A stretch of 28,083 bases of DNA from Promethearchaeota archaeon (GTDB lineage Archaea; Asgardarchaeota; Lokiarchaeia; Sigyniarchaeales; SOKP01), in NCBI GenBank assembly GCA_004524535.1, contig SDNY01000043.1, positions 1-28,083 of the forward strand, given 5' to 3'. Positions 1 to 9,341 of this stretch are shown here, one piece after another. The position numbers were made by a program, and so were the translations under genes. Numbering within the stretch: the stretch's first letter is position 1; each line of letters opens with the position of its first letter. The notes under the pieces are model-generated. The model worked only from the letters and a program-made list of their open reading frames with translations. It had not been told where the DNA came from and did not search any database.

Positions 1-1
1 A

Positions 2-73
2 AATGGACAAAATGAGGATTTTTCTTCAAAAAATATCACTCGAGCTCTTCCGACATTAAAAGAAATGATATAG
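2..73 (+). CDS. possible 3' end of a gene truncated by the window start
   Basis: Frame 2 is open from the window edge (NGQNEDFSSKNITRALPTLKEMI) to TAG at 71-73, followed by an AT-rich spacer convergent with rpl35ae. Too short to identify. Confidence 0.3.
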   Translation, partial: NGQNEDFSSKNITRALPTLKEMI

Positions 74-245
74 TCCAGATTATTGTCGGTTTTAAATTAA
101 TGATTTTCAAATTTCAATCAAAAAGAAAAAATTAAAAATACACTCAATTATTAAATATTAAATGTTTGAATGGATTTTTAAATATTTACAAGGACTATTA
201 AAAAAATAAAAGGATACTTACAACTTAATAAAAAGAATTTAAAAA

Positions 246-539
246 CTATTTGATAATTTTTACTTTTTGTCCAAGGGCTTGACCTGGAACGCCTGCCTTC
301 TTGAAATGAGCTCTTACAGCCCCATTATTTCCATGGGCGCGGTTAATTACTCCTTTTAATTCTTTACCAGTGGACGTTAACCAGACTACAGTTCTCCCAA
401 TCAATTTATTTGCCTCTTTCCTTGTCTTAATATTTGGAAATACCAATATACAATGTTTAGGGTGGACGGTATGCCGACCTCGCCTATAATTTGAAATAAC
501 GCCTTCCATACCTAATAATTCTAATTTATTTGATGCCAT
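246..539 (-). CDS. rpl35ae: 50S ribosomal protein L35Ae (eL33)
   Basis: 97 aa basic protein with GVISNYRRG, LIGRTVVW, HGNNGAVRAHF and PGQALG motifs typical of archaeal L35Ae. Confidence 0.95.
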   Translation of the reverse strand: MASNKLELLGMEGVISNYRRGRHTVHPKHCILVFPNIKTRKEANKLIGRTVVWLTSTGKELKGVINRAHGNNGAVRAHFKKAGVPGQALGQKVKIIK

Positions 540-591
540 GAAAATCTTACAAAAATAATTACTATTTTTCTCGAGTAAGGGTTCAAATATT

Positions 592-647
592 TAAAAAAAT
601 AAAAAATTTTTGATTTTTGGTACTCATATATCCCAAAAAATCAAAAA
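592..647 (-). terminator. hairpin followed by T-runs downstream of the WD40 gene
   Basis: Inverted repeat TTTTTGATTTTTGG (607-620) / CCAAAAAATCAAAAA (633-647) with a one-base bulge. On the minus strand it is followed by TTTTTTATTTTTTT, starting 20 nt after the stop at 667. Confidence 0.45.
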
Positions 648-666
648 AAATAATCCTTTGGTTTAA

Positions 667-1983
667 TCATGATTCTTGTTTAACTGGTTCTTTTCTTTTC
701 TTATTTACAATCAATGAAATTAGGATGATCACAGCAAAAATGATAAGCATTATCATTAGCACTATCCAGAACGGTATAGGATCATCACCAAAATCAATGT
801 CAAGATCATCATCTTCCTCTTCAGCTACTAAAGCAATCGGAGGTGTCCAATAGAATAAATAAACTTGATTATCTTCACTACCTATTGTCAAATATTTACC
901 ATCCGAGGAGATTGCCACGGATTTTATAATCCCTTCTGTTTCATCGATCAAGTATGGAGTCTTGCTTGATCGAACTAATAAGTAGCTTTTATTATCATTA
1001 CTGCCTATAAGTATATGATTTCCGTCGGAAGAGATAGCAACTGAATTGATTGAATCACCACTAGTATACGTCCAAATTGGAGTTTTACTCGACTTACCAA
1101 ATATATAAGTTTTATTATCATTACATCCTGCTGCGATATAATTCCCATCTGAAGTCATAGCTACCGATGTTATTTCACCTCCTGTTTTATATCTCCATAC
1201 TGGTCCAGTCCAACCCCTATTAAAAAGATAAATTTCTTTATCATTACTGCCTGCTACAAAATCATTTCCATCTGAAGAAATTGCCACTGCTCTCACATCG
1301 CCACTTGTTTGATATTCCATCAACGTATTATTGGAATTATCATCAAAAAGATAAATCTTATCATCTCCACATCCTACTACGATATAAGTGCTCTCTGATG
1401 AGATTGCGATGGAATGAATTGAATCTCCAAAAGTATAATTCCATAATGGTGTAGAACTCGAATTTTTAAGAAGAGATATCATATTATCGCTACTTTCAGC
1501 AATAATATAATTCCCATCAGATGATATTGCTACAGTATTTACATTATCTCCCATTGTATAATTCCATTTTGGTGTAGAATCAGATACATTATTAAATAAA
1601 TAGGTATGATTATCATTGCTTCCTGCGATAACATAAAATATATCCGATGAGATTGCAACAGAAGTCACGTCATCACCAGTAGTATAATTCCACATAGGTA
1701 TTTTTGATTCGGAACCTGATTTATTAAATAGATATGTGTTGTTATCATTGCTTCCCGCAACAATATAAGTTCCGTCTGATGAAATCGCCACAGAATTCAC
1801 ATCATCACCCGTTGTGAAATTCCATAGGAGTGTAGTACCAGATTGATGTGGGATCAAAGCATTTAACTTCTTATAATTTTGAGAATGAAATGAAATGTTT
1901 GTTTCAGGCAAGAAAACACAGAGTAAAAAAGTAAAAATGAGAATTGATATAAAAAAATGCCTTGTATATAATTTTTTTACCAT
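667..1983 (-). CDS. membrane-anchored extracellular WD40/PQQ-like beta-propeller protein
   Basis: N-terminal signal-like hydrophobic segment, eight ~42-aa repeats (W-x-Y-x-TGD-x-V-x-SVAISSDG-x-YI-x-AGSND-x-x-x-YLF), acidic linker EEEDDDLDIDFGDDP, C-terminal TM helix and basic tail NKKRK. Many N-x-S/T sequons. Confidence 0.9.
   Translation of the reverse strand: MVKKLYTRHFFISILIFTFLLCVFLPETNISFHSQNYKKLNALIPHQSGTTLLWNFTTGDDVNSVAISSDGTYIVAGSNDNNTYLFNKSGSESKIPMWNYTTGDDVTSVAISSDIFYVIAGSNDNHTYLFNNVSDSTPKWNYTMGDNVNTVAISSDGNYIIAESSDNMISLLKNSSSTPLWNYTFGDSIHSIAISSESTYIVVGCGDDKIYLFDDNSNNTLMEYQTSGDVRAVAISSDGNDFVAGSNDKEIYLFNRGWTGPVWRYKTGGEITSVAMTSDGNYIAAGCNDNKTYIFGKSSKTPIWTYTSGDSINSVAISSDGNHILIGSNDNKSYLLVRSSKTPYLIDETEGIIKSVAISSDGKYLTIGSEDNQVYLFYWTPPIALVAEEEDDDLDIDFGDDPIPFWIVLMIMLIIFAVIILISLIVNKKRKEPVKQES
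853..1824 (-). repeat. eight tandem WD40-like coding repeats
   Basis: Eight copies of the AISS(D/E)-type motif counted in the translation (one reads AMTSD), spaced about 126 nt apart. Confidence 0.85.
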
Positions 1984-2018
1984 ATATTTTAATTTTTAAT
2001 TATTTATTTTAAAGATTT

Positions 2019-3236
2019 TTAAATAGTTATTGAGTTTATCGATTTTTCCCAAGCTTCTTTATTTAATATTCTAGCTTTTTGAATAAATTCTTCATTTGAT
2101 ATTTTTTCAGCATCCTTTATTTCAGTAAGGATTTCTTGTTCAATGTTTCTTATTTCTTTTAGATATTGTTCTCTTTCTGGAATGCTTTTTTTAGGTTTTT
2201 TTTTATGAGGTTTAATAAATTTTGTATGTTGACTCCAAAACCAATCTGGATTGACTTTTTCATACGGTCCTGGTTTTAAAACTTTCTGGTCTTCTACAGG
2301 AAAAACATAAGGTTTATAAATGCTTAAACAGGGAAGGGTGGATCCAGTAAACCAATGAACTGTTTTGTTGTTACCTTGTTTTAAGTGAGATACTTGAGAA
2401 CCAGTTGATTCAAATCCTCCTCCATGCATACAAATCCCAATTTCATGTTCGCGTAAAAAATTCATCATTAATTCTGAGGTAATATTTCCTTTATTCTCAG
2501 ACAATAAATACATTGACTTACCTTCTCTCGTATCTCTACGTGAAGATACTGGAAATTTATCAGGAATGTATGAATCAGAAAAAGTCTTTGCAAAATCAAA
2601 ATCCTCATCATCCTTACAATATCCCTTTTCAATTGCATGTTGAATAGTTCCTTCTCTTCTTAAATCTCCTTTCCCTCTAATTGAAACATTATTTGATATT
2701 GATCTTACATCCTTAACTATTTCTGCCACCCACCATTCGTCAGCAGTTTCTAATACATAAGCTTCTTTAAAATCTGCAATTATATATGAGTTATGGTATA
2801 ACCAACTAGGAGCTTCAAACCCACAACCTCCTCCTTGACCATACTTTTCTAATAAGGTAATTATAATTTCTAATGATTCCCGCGCAGTTTTACCTCTTTC
2901 TAATCCTAATCTTAGAAGATCCATTCCTAAGAGCCCTTTTTGTCTTAATGGTTCTTTAGTATAAATTGCTTCGTTTCCTATGGCGACTCCATATGCATTA
3001 CAACCACTTTCAGCGCCCCACATCCACCATGGTTGACTTAATATCACAGCAAAAGTCTCAGAGACTTGTGGAATAGTAATATAAGTACAATTTAATTCCT
3101 CTCCTTTAGAATATCGTTTTCGTGGAGCATAAGTTATTAATTGAGCTTCTGATTGAGGTCTATCGCTGTTTTTACCAAACATGACGCTTTTTCCATCAGA
3201 AGTTGAATTTCCAAGGGCTACGAGAGTATCACACAT
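2019..3236 (-). CDS. secernin-like peptidase, family C69 (Ntn-hydrolase)
   Basis: N-terminal MCDT (Cys2 nucleophile), FGKNSDRP, PWWMWGAESG, IGNEA, GMDLLRLGLERG and YHNSYIIAD are secernin/C69 motifs. Confidence 0.9.
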   Translation of the reverse strand: MCDTLVALGNSTSDGKSVMFGKNSDRPQSEAQLITYAPRKRYSKGEELNCTYITIPQVSETFAVILSQPWWMWGAESGCNAYGVAIGNEAIYTKEPLRQKGLLGMDLLRLGLERGKTARESLEIIITLLEKYGQGGGCGFEAPSWLYHNSYIIADFKEAYVLETADEWWVAEIVKDVRSISNNVSIRGKGDLRREGTIQHAIEKGYCKDDEDFDFAKTFSDSYIPDKFPVSSRRDTREGKSMYLLSENKGNITSELMMNFLREHEIGICMHGGGFESTGSQVSHLKQGNNKTVHWFTGSTLPCLSIYKPYVFPVEDQKVLKPGPYEKVNPDWFWSQHTKFIKPHKKKPKKSIPEREQYLKEIRNIEQEILTEIKDAEKISNEEFIQKARILNKEAWEKSINSITI

Positions 3237-3511
3237 AATTTATTCGATAATATTTCTTTAAGGAATTTATTAAAATCTATTTTAATAATTTTTTCATGAT
3301 TTTAAATAATATAGAATTAAAATTTGGTTATATATCTTCATGTAAAATCCCTTCCTTTTTTTTTTGATTTTTGTCGTAGTAATTGCTACTAACATATTCT
3401 AATATCTGAAAATAATTAAAGATCTAAGATCAATTATTATTTAATAAAATAAATTTCAACCTTATTTGGAATTTAATAAGGATTTTCAAAAAAAAAAAAC
3501 AATGAGAAATT

Positions 3512-5281
3512 TTGATTGGTAATAAAAAAACGGTTTGGGTCTTTACATTTGAATATGCGGGCATTGCTAAAGTAGGAGGGCTTGGTGAAGTACCTTCAAA
3601 CCAAGCAAAGAGCTTAGTAAAGGATTTCGATCTCACTGTTTTTATTCCTTCTCACGGGCAACTCGAAAGATTAAAAAAATCTTATGAGGTATCTAGGTTA
3701 GATTTTAATTGCGTAGGACAACTGGACCTTTCCCCCCTTGGATTAAACGAACCAGTAAGTAGTTATGAAATTTCTTTTTATAAATTAAACCTAAATGGAG
3801 TTAATATTGTTTTATTATGTGGGGAAAACACCTTTACACGAAAATATTTAGACGATAAGAGTGTGTATAATCTAGATACTTTTACCGGAAAATTATGCCT
3901 TTATAGTATTGGAATGCGATCTTTTATTGAATACCAAATAGATAATAAAAAAGATTTACCTAACATTATACACATGCATGATTTTCACGTTGTAATACCA
4001 TTCATAGGAATTAAGCAAGAATTAATTAAAAACGGATTAGAAGTCTCATCGATAATTACATTTCACTTACTTACTTGGCCAAGATATAATCTTGATTTTT
4101 ACCATGCCTGTGGTATTGACGATACTCCAATTAAAATCCTTATGGAAGATGGATTTAAATTAATGTCTATCACGGAAATATTTACCCTCTGCAAAGAGGA
4201 AGGAAATTATCAGCCACCAACCGTTGAAAAAATTGGTGCCGTTGTTAGCGATTTAGTTACAACAGTAAGCCAATCTTATTTGAGATCTGATATTATTCCT
4301 AATTTAGGACAAAATCTAATAGAATTTAAATCCAATTTTATATGGGATGGGTGTGATTGGGAGTATAATGAAATATCTCAAAGAGTATCTAACACTTTAG
4401 GAGCTGAAATGCATCAAGTTTTAAATATTCCAAATGAATCTCCAATAACTAGAAAAGACATGAAAAAGTATTTATTAAGATATAAGATTGGCCATTTGAG
4501 GGAAAGTCCTCTAATTAACTCATCCAAAATAATTAATGCTATAGATAAAATTGCTTATGGAAATCCTTATATAAAAAATGGAAATGTAAAACCTTTTTCT
4601 GAGATTGGCCCACTATTAATCGCAACAGGTAGAATATCGCATCAGAAGGGATTTGAGACTATTTTAGATTCAATTCCTAAAATTGCTAGGGTAATTCCAG
4701 ACGCAAAAATTTTATTACTTCTCTTGCCTACTGAATATAGTTTAAACGAACTAGAGACGTATTCTAAGTATGTGAATATATATCCAGATAATTTACGAAT
4801 AATTTTTGGTTTAGCCGCTGAAATTTTTTATTTAGCTCATATTGCTGCGGATGTTTATGCTGTCCTTTCTCGGTGGGAGCCGTTTGGTATTAATGCCTTG
4901 GAAGCAATGTCATCTAAAATACCGATAATTGCAACTAAGGTTGGAGGCTTACAAGAAACTGTTATTGATTTTCGGGAGGATTCTGAAAACGGTACTGGCA
5001 TGTTAATTGAAAAGGATAACACATCTCAATTTGCAGATGCTTTAGTTTCCTTCTTTTTATTAGCTCAAATTTCTGAAAACGTTAAAAATGGAAAGTCTAT
5101 TTATGATCCAGAAATAATGTATTTAGTGAACGAAATTCCAGACCAGATATTGAAATCTCAAATCTTAATCGAACCGAATTGTTATGATAAAATAAAGGAG
5201 AATTGTTATAACCAAGTAAATAATAACTTTAGATGGTCTATAGTCTCTAAAAAGTTAAAAGATTTATACAATCGGTTATAA
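3512..5281 (+). CDS. glgA: glycogen/starch synthase (GT-B fold), long archaeal type
   Basis: FEYAGIAKVGGLGEV (KxGGL motif), HMHDFH, TTVSQSY, GRISHQKG and SRWEPFGINALEAM. TTG start. Confidence 0.85.
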   Translation: MIGNKKTVWVFTFEYAGIAKVGGLGEVPSNQAKSLVKDFDLTVFIPSHGQLERLKKSYEVSRLDFNCVGQLDLSPLGLNEPVSSYEISFYKLNLNGVNIVLLCGENTFTRKYLDDKSVYNLDTFTGKLCLYSIGMRSFIEYQIDNKKDLPNIIHMHDFHVVIPFIGIKQELIKNGLEVSSIITFHLLTWPRYNLDFYHACGIDDTPIKILMEDGFKLMSITEIFTLCKEEGNYQPPTVEKIGAVVSDLVTTVSQSYLRSDIIPNLGQNLIEFKSNFIWDGCDWEYNEISQRVSNTLGAEMHQVLNIPNESPITRKDMKKYLLRYKIGHLRESPLINSSKIINAIDKIAYGNPYIKNGNVKPFSEIGPLLIATGRISHQKGFETILDSIPKIARVIPDAKILLLLLPTEYSLNELETYSKYVNIYPDNLRIIFGLAAEIFYLAHIAADVYAVLSRWEPFGINALEAMSSKIPIIATKVGGLQETVIDFREDSENGTGMLIEKDNTSQFADALVSFFLLAQISENVKNGKSIYDPEIMYLVNEIPDQILKSQILIEPNCYDKIKENCYNQVNNNFRWSIVSKKLKDLYNRL

Positions 5282-5405
5282 GTTCACTTTATATTGAATT
5301 TTTCTCTAGCTTTTTATTTACTTTCTTTATTTTTAACACAATCATAGTACATGGGTTAAATTCTTTTTCATCTCGCGTAGCTTCTTGCTTAATTATATAA
5401 TTTTG

Positions 5406-6170
5406 TTATTCAATTTTTTTATATAAATTAAGCAATCCATATGCCATTATTAAAATAGCTATAATATTCAGTATGTTTATTATGGTCATGAATATAGTTA
5501 AACTTGTTAAATTTGATTGTGTTGGATTTGCTCCTAATCTATATATATAAAGAATTGAAAAAACGTTTAATAACACCCGTATTAAATAGCCGAAAGCAAC
5601 TAAAAATGCATTTCTTCTATATTCTCCAGAAGATCTCAAACCAATTATGAAAAAGCCCCCAACAAAAAACAAGGTCTGAGTAATGATAAGTCCCATAATA
5701 AGAAAAGTATTCAATAAAATTGGAGTATCGATGAATTGGAAGGCGAGAAATAACAAATCAAATGTTATTAAAAAACCAAGAATTAGAATTTGAACTATTG
5801 ATACTATGTGTTTTTCTTTAATAAGTGCTTTTTGAAACATTTTCTTCTCTAAAATATAGATTAAAGGCATGGCTCCTATTATTGTTAATATATATCCAGT
5901 GAGTCTTAATATCATCATAGGATGGGCCTCACCCGCAGCTATATCTGTTCCAAAATTTGTGGTTTTATTGAAGATATAAATCATAATTTGGCCGATTAAA
6001 ATGCAAAGAAAGAAAAAACTCATTGTAAATAAAAAGGGTTTAGCTGTCTTATCCGCTTTCATTAATTTGATTAATAAAAAGATAATGATGATTCCAAATA
6101 CAATAAATAAGGAAAAAGCACTAATATCATAAAGAGTCATATAAATAGACATTTTTATATCAGATATCAA
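5406..6170 (-). CDS. stand-alone seven-transmembrane protein (HisKA_7TM-like receptor domain)
   Basis: Seven hydrophobic segments at about aa 17-36, 46-67, 86-107, 122-146, 151-178, 188-210 and 224-249. Basic loop RSSGEYRRNA before TM6, no soluble output domain. Start may be the TTG at 6170 or a downstream ATG. Confidence 0.75.
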   Translation of the reverse strand: MISDIKMSIYMTLYDISAFSLFIVFGIIIIFLLIKLMKADKTAKPFLFTMSFFFLCILIGQIMIYIFNKTTNFGTDIAAGEAHPMMILRLTGYILTIIGAMPLIYILEKKMFQKALIKEKHIVSIVQILILGFLITFDLLFLAFQFIDTPILLNTFLIMGLIITQTLFFVGGFFIIGLRSSGEYRRNAFLVAFGYLIRVLLNVFSILYIYRLGANPTQSNLTSLTIFMTIINILNIIAILIMAYGLLNLYKKIE

Positions 6171-6240
6171 AAAGAATTCTTATATTCATATATAGAACTC
6201 TTTTTCTTATAAATATTACATTAAATTTTTGAAAAAAAGA

Positions 6241-8247
6241 TTAATTCCAAAATGGATATAAATTCTGTGTTATCGCATCTTTTGTATCTGGAACAACCTC
6301 AAGCTCTGATTTAACCCAATCAGAGATCCATTGATATTTCTGTTTAAATCTGCTGTCCATGAATATAATAGCACCTTTATCTGATATTTTTCTTATTGGA
6401 CGCCCAGATGCTTGGTTTGCGCGTTGAATAGCTGGATATAAATATCCAAAATTCCATCCTTGTTTATTAAATACCTTATCATAATAATCAATTTTCGCAT
6501 TCACCCGAGGACTTGGCAAATGATAAGGGAATCCTGCAATTATCACAGCATTCATAAAATCTCCGGGATAATCCTCTCCCTCAGAATTTCGTCCACCACA
6601 TACACCTAGTAAAACCCCACCATTGTTTTGCGAATGTGCCATTGACTTAAAATCATTTACTAATATAGCATTCTCTGAAGCCCTTAAGCCAGGTTCTTCA
6701 ACAAACAATTTCTTATTATTTTTTTCTACAATTGAGTCTATACCATTTGAAAGCAATCCTTTTAATATTTTATATGAAGCACAAAATATACCTACATTTG
6801 CAGGAGTACAATATAAAACTTCATCTATCTTAGAAATCATCTTTTTAAACATACTTGCTGTTCTACTTTCTCTCTTTGTATTAACTCCTTCGATAATAAG
6901 CGCTTTAATATTTTTCTTTTTAAAGGGTGAGTCTGCGATTATGCCCTTATAAATTTTACCACTTTCTTGAAGAGCCATTAGATTATTAAATACGTAAGGA
7001 TTTACAGTTCCTGAAAGATTTAGACAAGTATAACAGCTTTTTAAAATAGGGATGGCAATTTCTCTTGGATCCAATGCTAAAATTTCAAGAGCAATATTTT
7101 TTTTTCCTTTTCTTTCTTGGATTCTATAACAAAAAAAGTAGCTGTCTAAAACATAAGTTTTAATCCATTTAAGCCAAAATTCTGCTAATGAGCCAAGAAA
7201 ATCCCTTGAAATTTCACCATTAGCAATTTTTTCTTCATGGATAGACACACTAAAATCGTACAAATCATTGATAAAATTTTTAAATTCGTTTAAATCTAAA
7301 AATCCAAGTTTTTTATATATTAATTCTATTAAAACATTTGGAGTAATTGGCTTCTCGTCTACCTTTAATGAATTAATTTTTTTATCTAAATGTTCTTTTA
7401 AAATTTTAACAAAGCTTTGCATAAGAATTGGCGCTTGATACATTTCTAAGTCTTTTAAACATAACTTTAAAGAATAGGGAGTGATTCGATCCGAATTTAC
7501 ATCTGTTGCAACGTCTATAATATTATGACATTCATCAATAACTAAAATACAGTTTTCTAATTCACGCCCAATAAATTTTAAAAAAGTTTCACGTATAAAA
7601 GGATTAAAAATCCATTGATAATTACAGATTATAACGTTCATTTCTTCTAATAAGAATTTACTTAGAAAATATGGACAAAGTTTCTTATCTTTACAAAATT
7701 TTATTAGCTCTTCAGCATCAATTGGCTTTTCAAATAATTCAGGACCAATTAAAACAGGATTCTCTAATTCACTTTTTTTTTTCAATAAATTTAAGAAATG
7801 GGAGCAGTTTTTATTTCTCCTCAAATCTTTACATACAGACATGGAATCTTTTGGATTAAGTTTCATTGATAATAGTGTTTTATTTAAACACATTTCATTA
7901 CGACCCCTAATCGTGAGTCCATTTATTTTGACATTTTTAAAACTACTTTTTTCTAAAAACTGAGAAATTTTTACTAATTCTTTAATTACTCTCGTGTTTT
8001 GTGAATGTGTTCGACAAAGATATATTATTTTCAATTCTTTTTCAATTAATAATGGGAGAAGGGCACTTAAAGCAATAATAGTTTTACCTGTTCCGTTAGG
8101 AGCTACGAGCAATATGTTTTTTTTAGTGCGAGCACTCTTTTCTACTTGCCTTATAATATCTTCTTGCGAAACTCTAAATTGTTCATACGGGAAAAATTGT
8201 AAATAATTGTGAGAAGTCAAGAATTTATCTCCAAGGTTTTGATCCAT
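6241..8247 (-). CDS. xpd: XPD/Rad3-family Fe-S DNA helicase
   Basis: Walker A APNGTGKT, CRTHSQ, four Fe-S cysteines (GRNEMC, SVC, NC, LCPYF), DECHN, SGT, SEGEDYPG and QASGRPIR...DKG motifs. Confidence 0.95.
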   Translation of the reverse strand: MDQNLGDKFLTSHNYLQFFPYEQFRVSQEDIIRQVEKSARTKKNILLVAPNGTGKTIIALSALLPLLIEKELKIIYLCRTHSQNTRVIKELVKISQFLEKSSFKNVKINGLTIRGRNEMCLNKTLLSMKLNPKDSMSVCKDLRRNKNCSHFLNLLKKKSELENPVLIGPELFEKPIDAEELIKFCKDKKLCPYFLSKFLLEEMNVIICNYQWIFNPFIRETFLKFIGRELENCILVIDECHNIIDVATDVNSDRITPYSLKLCLKDLEMYQAPILMQSFVKILKEHLDKKINSLKVDEKPITPNVLIELIYKKLGFLDLNEFKNFINDLYDFSVSIHEEKIANGEISRDFLGSLAEFWLKWIKTYVLDSYFFCYRIQERKGKKNIALEILALDPREIAIPILKSCYTCLNLSGTVNPYVFNNLMALQESGKIYKGIIADSPFKKKNIKALIIEGVNTKRESRTASMFKKMISKIDEVLYCTPANVGIFCASYKILKGLLSNGIDSIVEKNNKKLFVEEPGLRASENAILVNDFKSMAHSQNNGGVLLGVCGGRNSEGEDYPGDFMNAVIIAGFPYHLPSPRVNAKIDYYDKVFNKQGWNFGYLYPAIQRANQASGRPIRKISDKGAIIFMDSRFKQKYQWISDWVKSELEVVPDTKDAITQNLYPFWN

Positions 8248-8268
8248 AAATATTGATGAAATTCAAAA

Positions 8269-8280
8269 TTTATATAAAAG
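8269..8280 (-). promoter_or_regulatory. TATA box for a probably leaderless xpd transcript
   Basis: Minus-strand CTTTTATATAAA; the TTTATATA core ends about 24 nt upstream of the xpd ATG, and no SD is visible. The AT-rich background weakens the call. Confidence 0.45.
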
Positions 8281-8322
8281 AGGACTATAAAAATTTATTT
8301 ATTAAGGATATTTAATAAAAAA

Positions 8323-9201
8323 ATGAATGGGAATTATAATCTAAAATTAAAAGAAATTTATTCCGAAAGTCTTTTAAGAGATTTAGGTCTATTCTTTTTC
8401 CTATTCATATTAGTTATTGCTCAAAAATGGGATAATCTTTTATTATTACTATTTCCTCTAATATCTTTTAGCTTTGCCATTTTTTTTAAAATTATAGATA
8501 TTATTAAGAAGAGGAGAGAGGGAGATAATAGTCAAATTATTTATAATCCTTTAGGGAACGAAAAAAAACATGCAAATCGATTAGTTTTTTGTGCTCTATT
8601 ACAATTAATTTTATTATTCTGGTTCGGTGCTGAATCACTCTATCATCCACAATTAATTGATAATTATTACATTTATTTCGTCTCTATTTTCATTTTTTTC
8701 TATACATTTGGCTTTTATTGGATGTTTCTTGATTTATGGAAATATAGTAGGATTGAAATCCTAAAAGAAGGAATCGAAGTTAGAGATTCTCAAATACACT
8801 CCAAAAATATAGAAAATGTCGTTTCTTTTCTCAAAATGAAAAATTTTAAAATAATTTCTTTTATTAGCTTGTTAATTTTTATTATCTTAAACTTATTAAA
8901 TGTATTTTCTGCAATTTTAATTCACTTCGGATATATGCCAGGAATAAATTATACTTTACCTGGTTCTGGAATTGAAGAATCAGATCCTATTAGTATCTCG
9001 TTTTTTATTTATGGAATTATTGCTATATCGCCTTCAGCATCTATAATCTTTCTTTTTTTAAATTATAGAGATATAAATAATATTAATAAAGAAAAATTTA
9101 ATAAAATTATAGATTCTTTACCTAAGGATGTTAAAAATAAAATAATTGAAAATCTCGAAACACTTAATAAAAAATTAAAGTTTATATTAAGATTGGAATA
9201 A
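8323..9201 (+). CDS. hypothetical polytopic membrane protein (about 6 TM)
   Basis: 292 aa ORF with several long hydrophobic segments and a charged helical C-terminus; family not recognised. Confidence 0.8.
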   Translation: MNGNYNLKLKEIYSESLLRDLGLFFFLFILVIAQKWDNLLLLLFPLISFSFAIFFKIIDIIKKRREGDNSQIIYNPLGNEKKHANRLVFCALLQLILLFWFGAESLYHPQLIDNYYIYFVSIFIFFYTFGFYWMFLDLWKYSRIEILKEGIEVRDSQIHSKNIENVVSFLKMKNFKIISFISLLIFIILNLLNVFSAILIHFGYMPGINYTLPGSGIEESDPISISFFIYGIIAISPSASIIFLFLNYRDINNINKEKFNKIIDSLPKDVKNKIIENLETLNKKLKFILRLE

Positions 9202-9311
9202 TAATTTAAAGTTTATATTTAAATTGGAATAATAAATAATTATTAACACAATAAATATTATTAACTAATGATCTAATTATACTCATAATTTGAAAATAAT
9301 TAATTTGAACA

Positions 9312-9338
9312 CCCGAAACGGGCAGAAAAGTAAGGAGA
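9312..9338 (+). promoter_or_regulatory. GC hairpin and Shine-Dalgarno upstream of the Rab-like gene
   Basis: CCCG-AAA-CGGG at 9312-9322, AAGGAGA at 9332-9338, ATG at 9342. Confidence 0.5.
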
Positions 9339-9341
9339 ATT

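Noticed and set aside
62-108. ATGA...TGA stretch resembling a eukaryote-type SECIS core
   Set aside because: The intervening helix pairs poorly, there is no apical AA at the expected place, and no gene in the window needs an in-frame UGA.
617-853. 78-aa plus-strand ORF
   Set aside because: Antisense shadow of the WD40 gene's TM and acidic-linker codons.
3296-3636. 68-aa track ORF (3430-3636) and a 33-codon minus-strand ORF in the secernin/glgA spacer
   Set aside because: The first is antisense to the glgA start; the second runs through homopolymer tracts and has no recognisable features.
5406-6170. Rhodopsin identity for the 7TM protein
   Set aside because: No retinal-binding Lys in the middle of helix 7 and no recognisable helix-3 counterion motif.
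6623-8206. Three plus-strand ORFs inside xpd
   Set aside because: Antisense to a well-supported helicase gene, with shadow-like composition.
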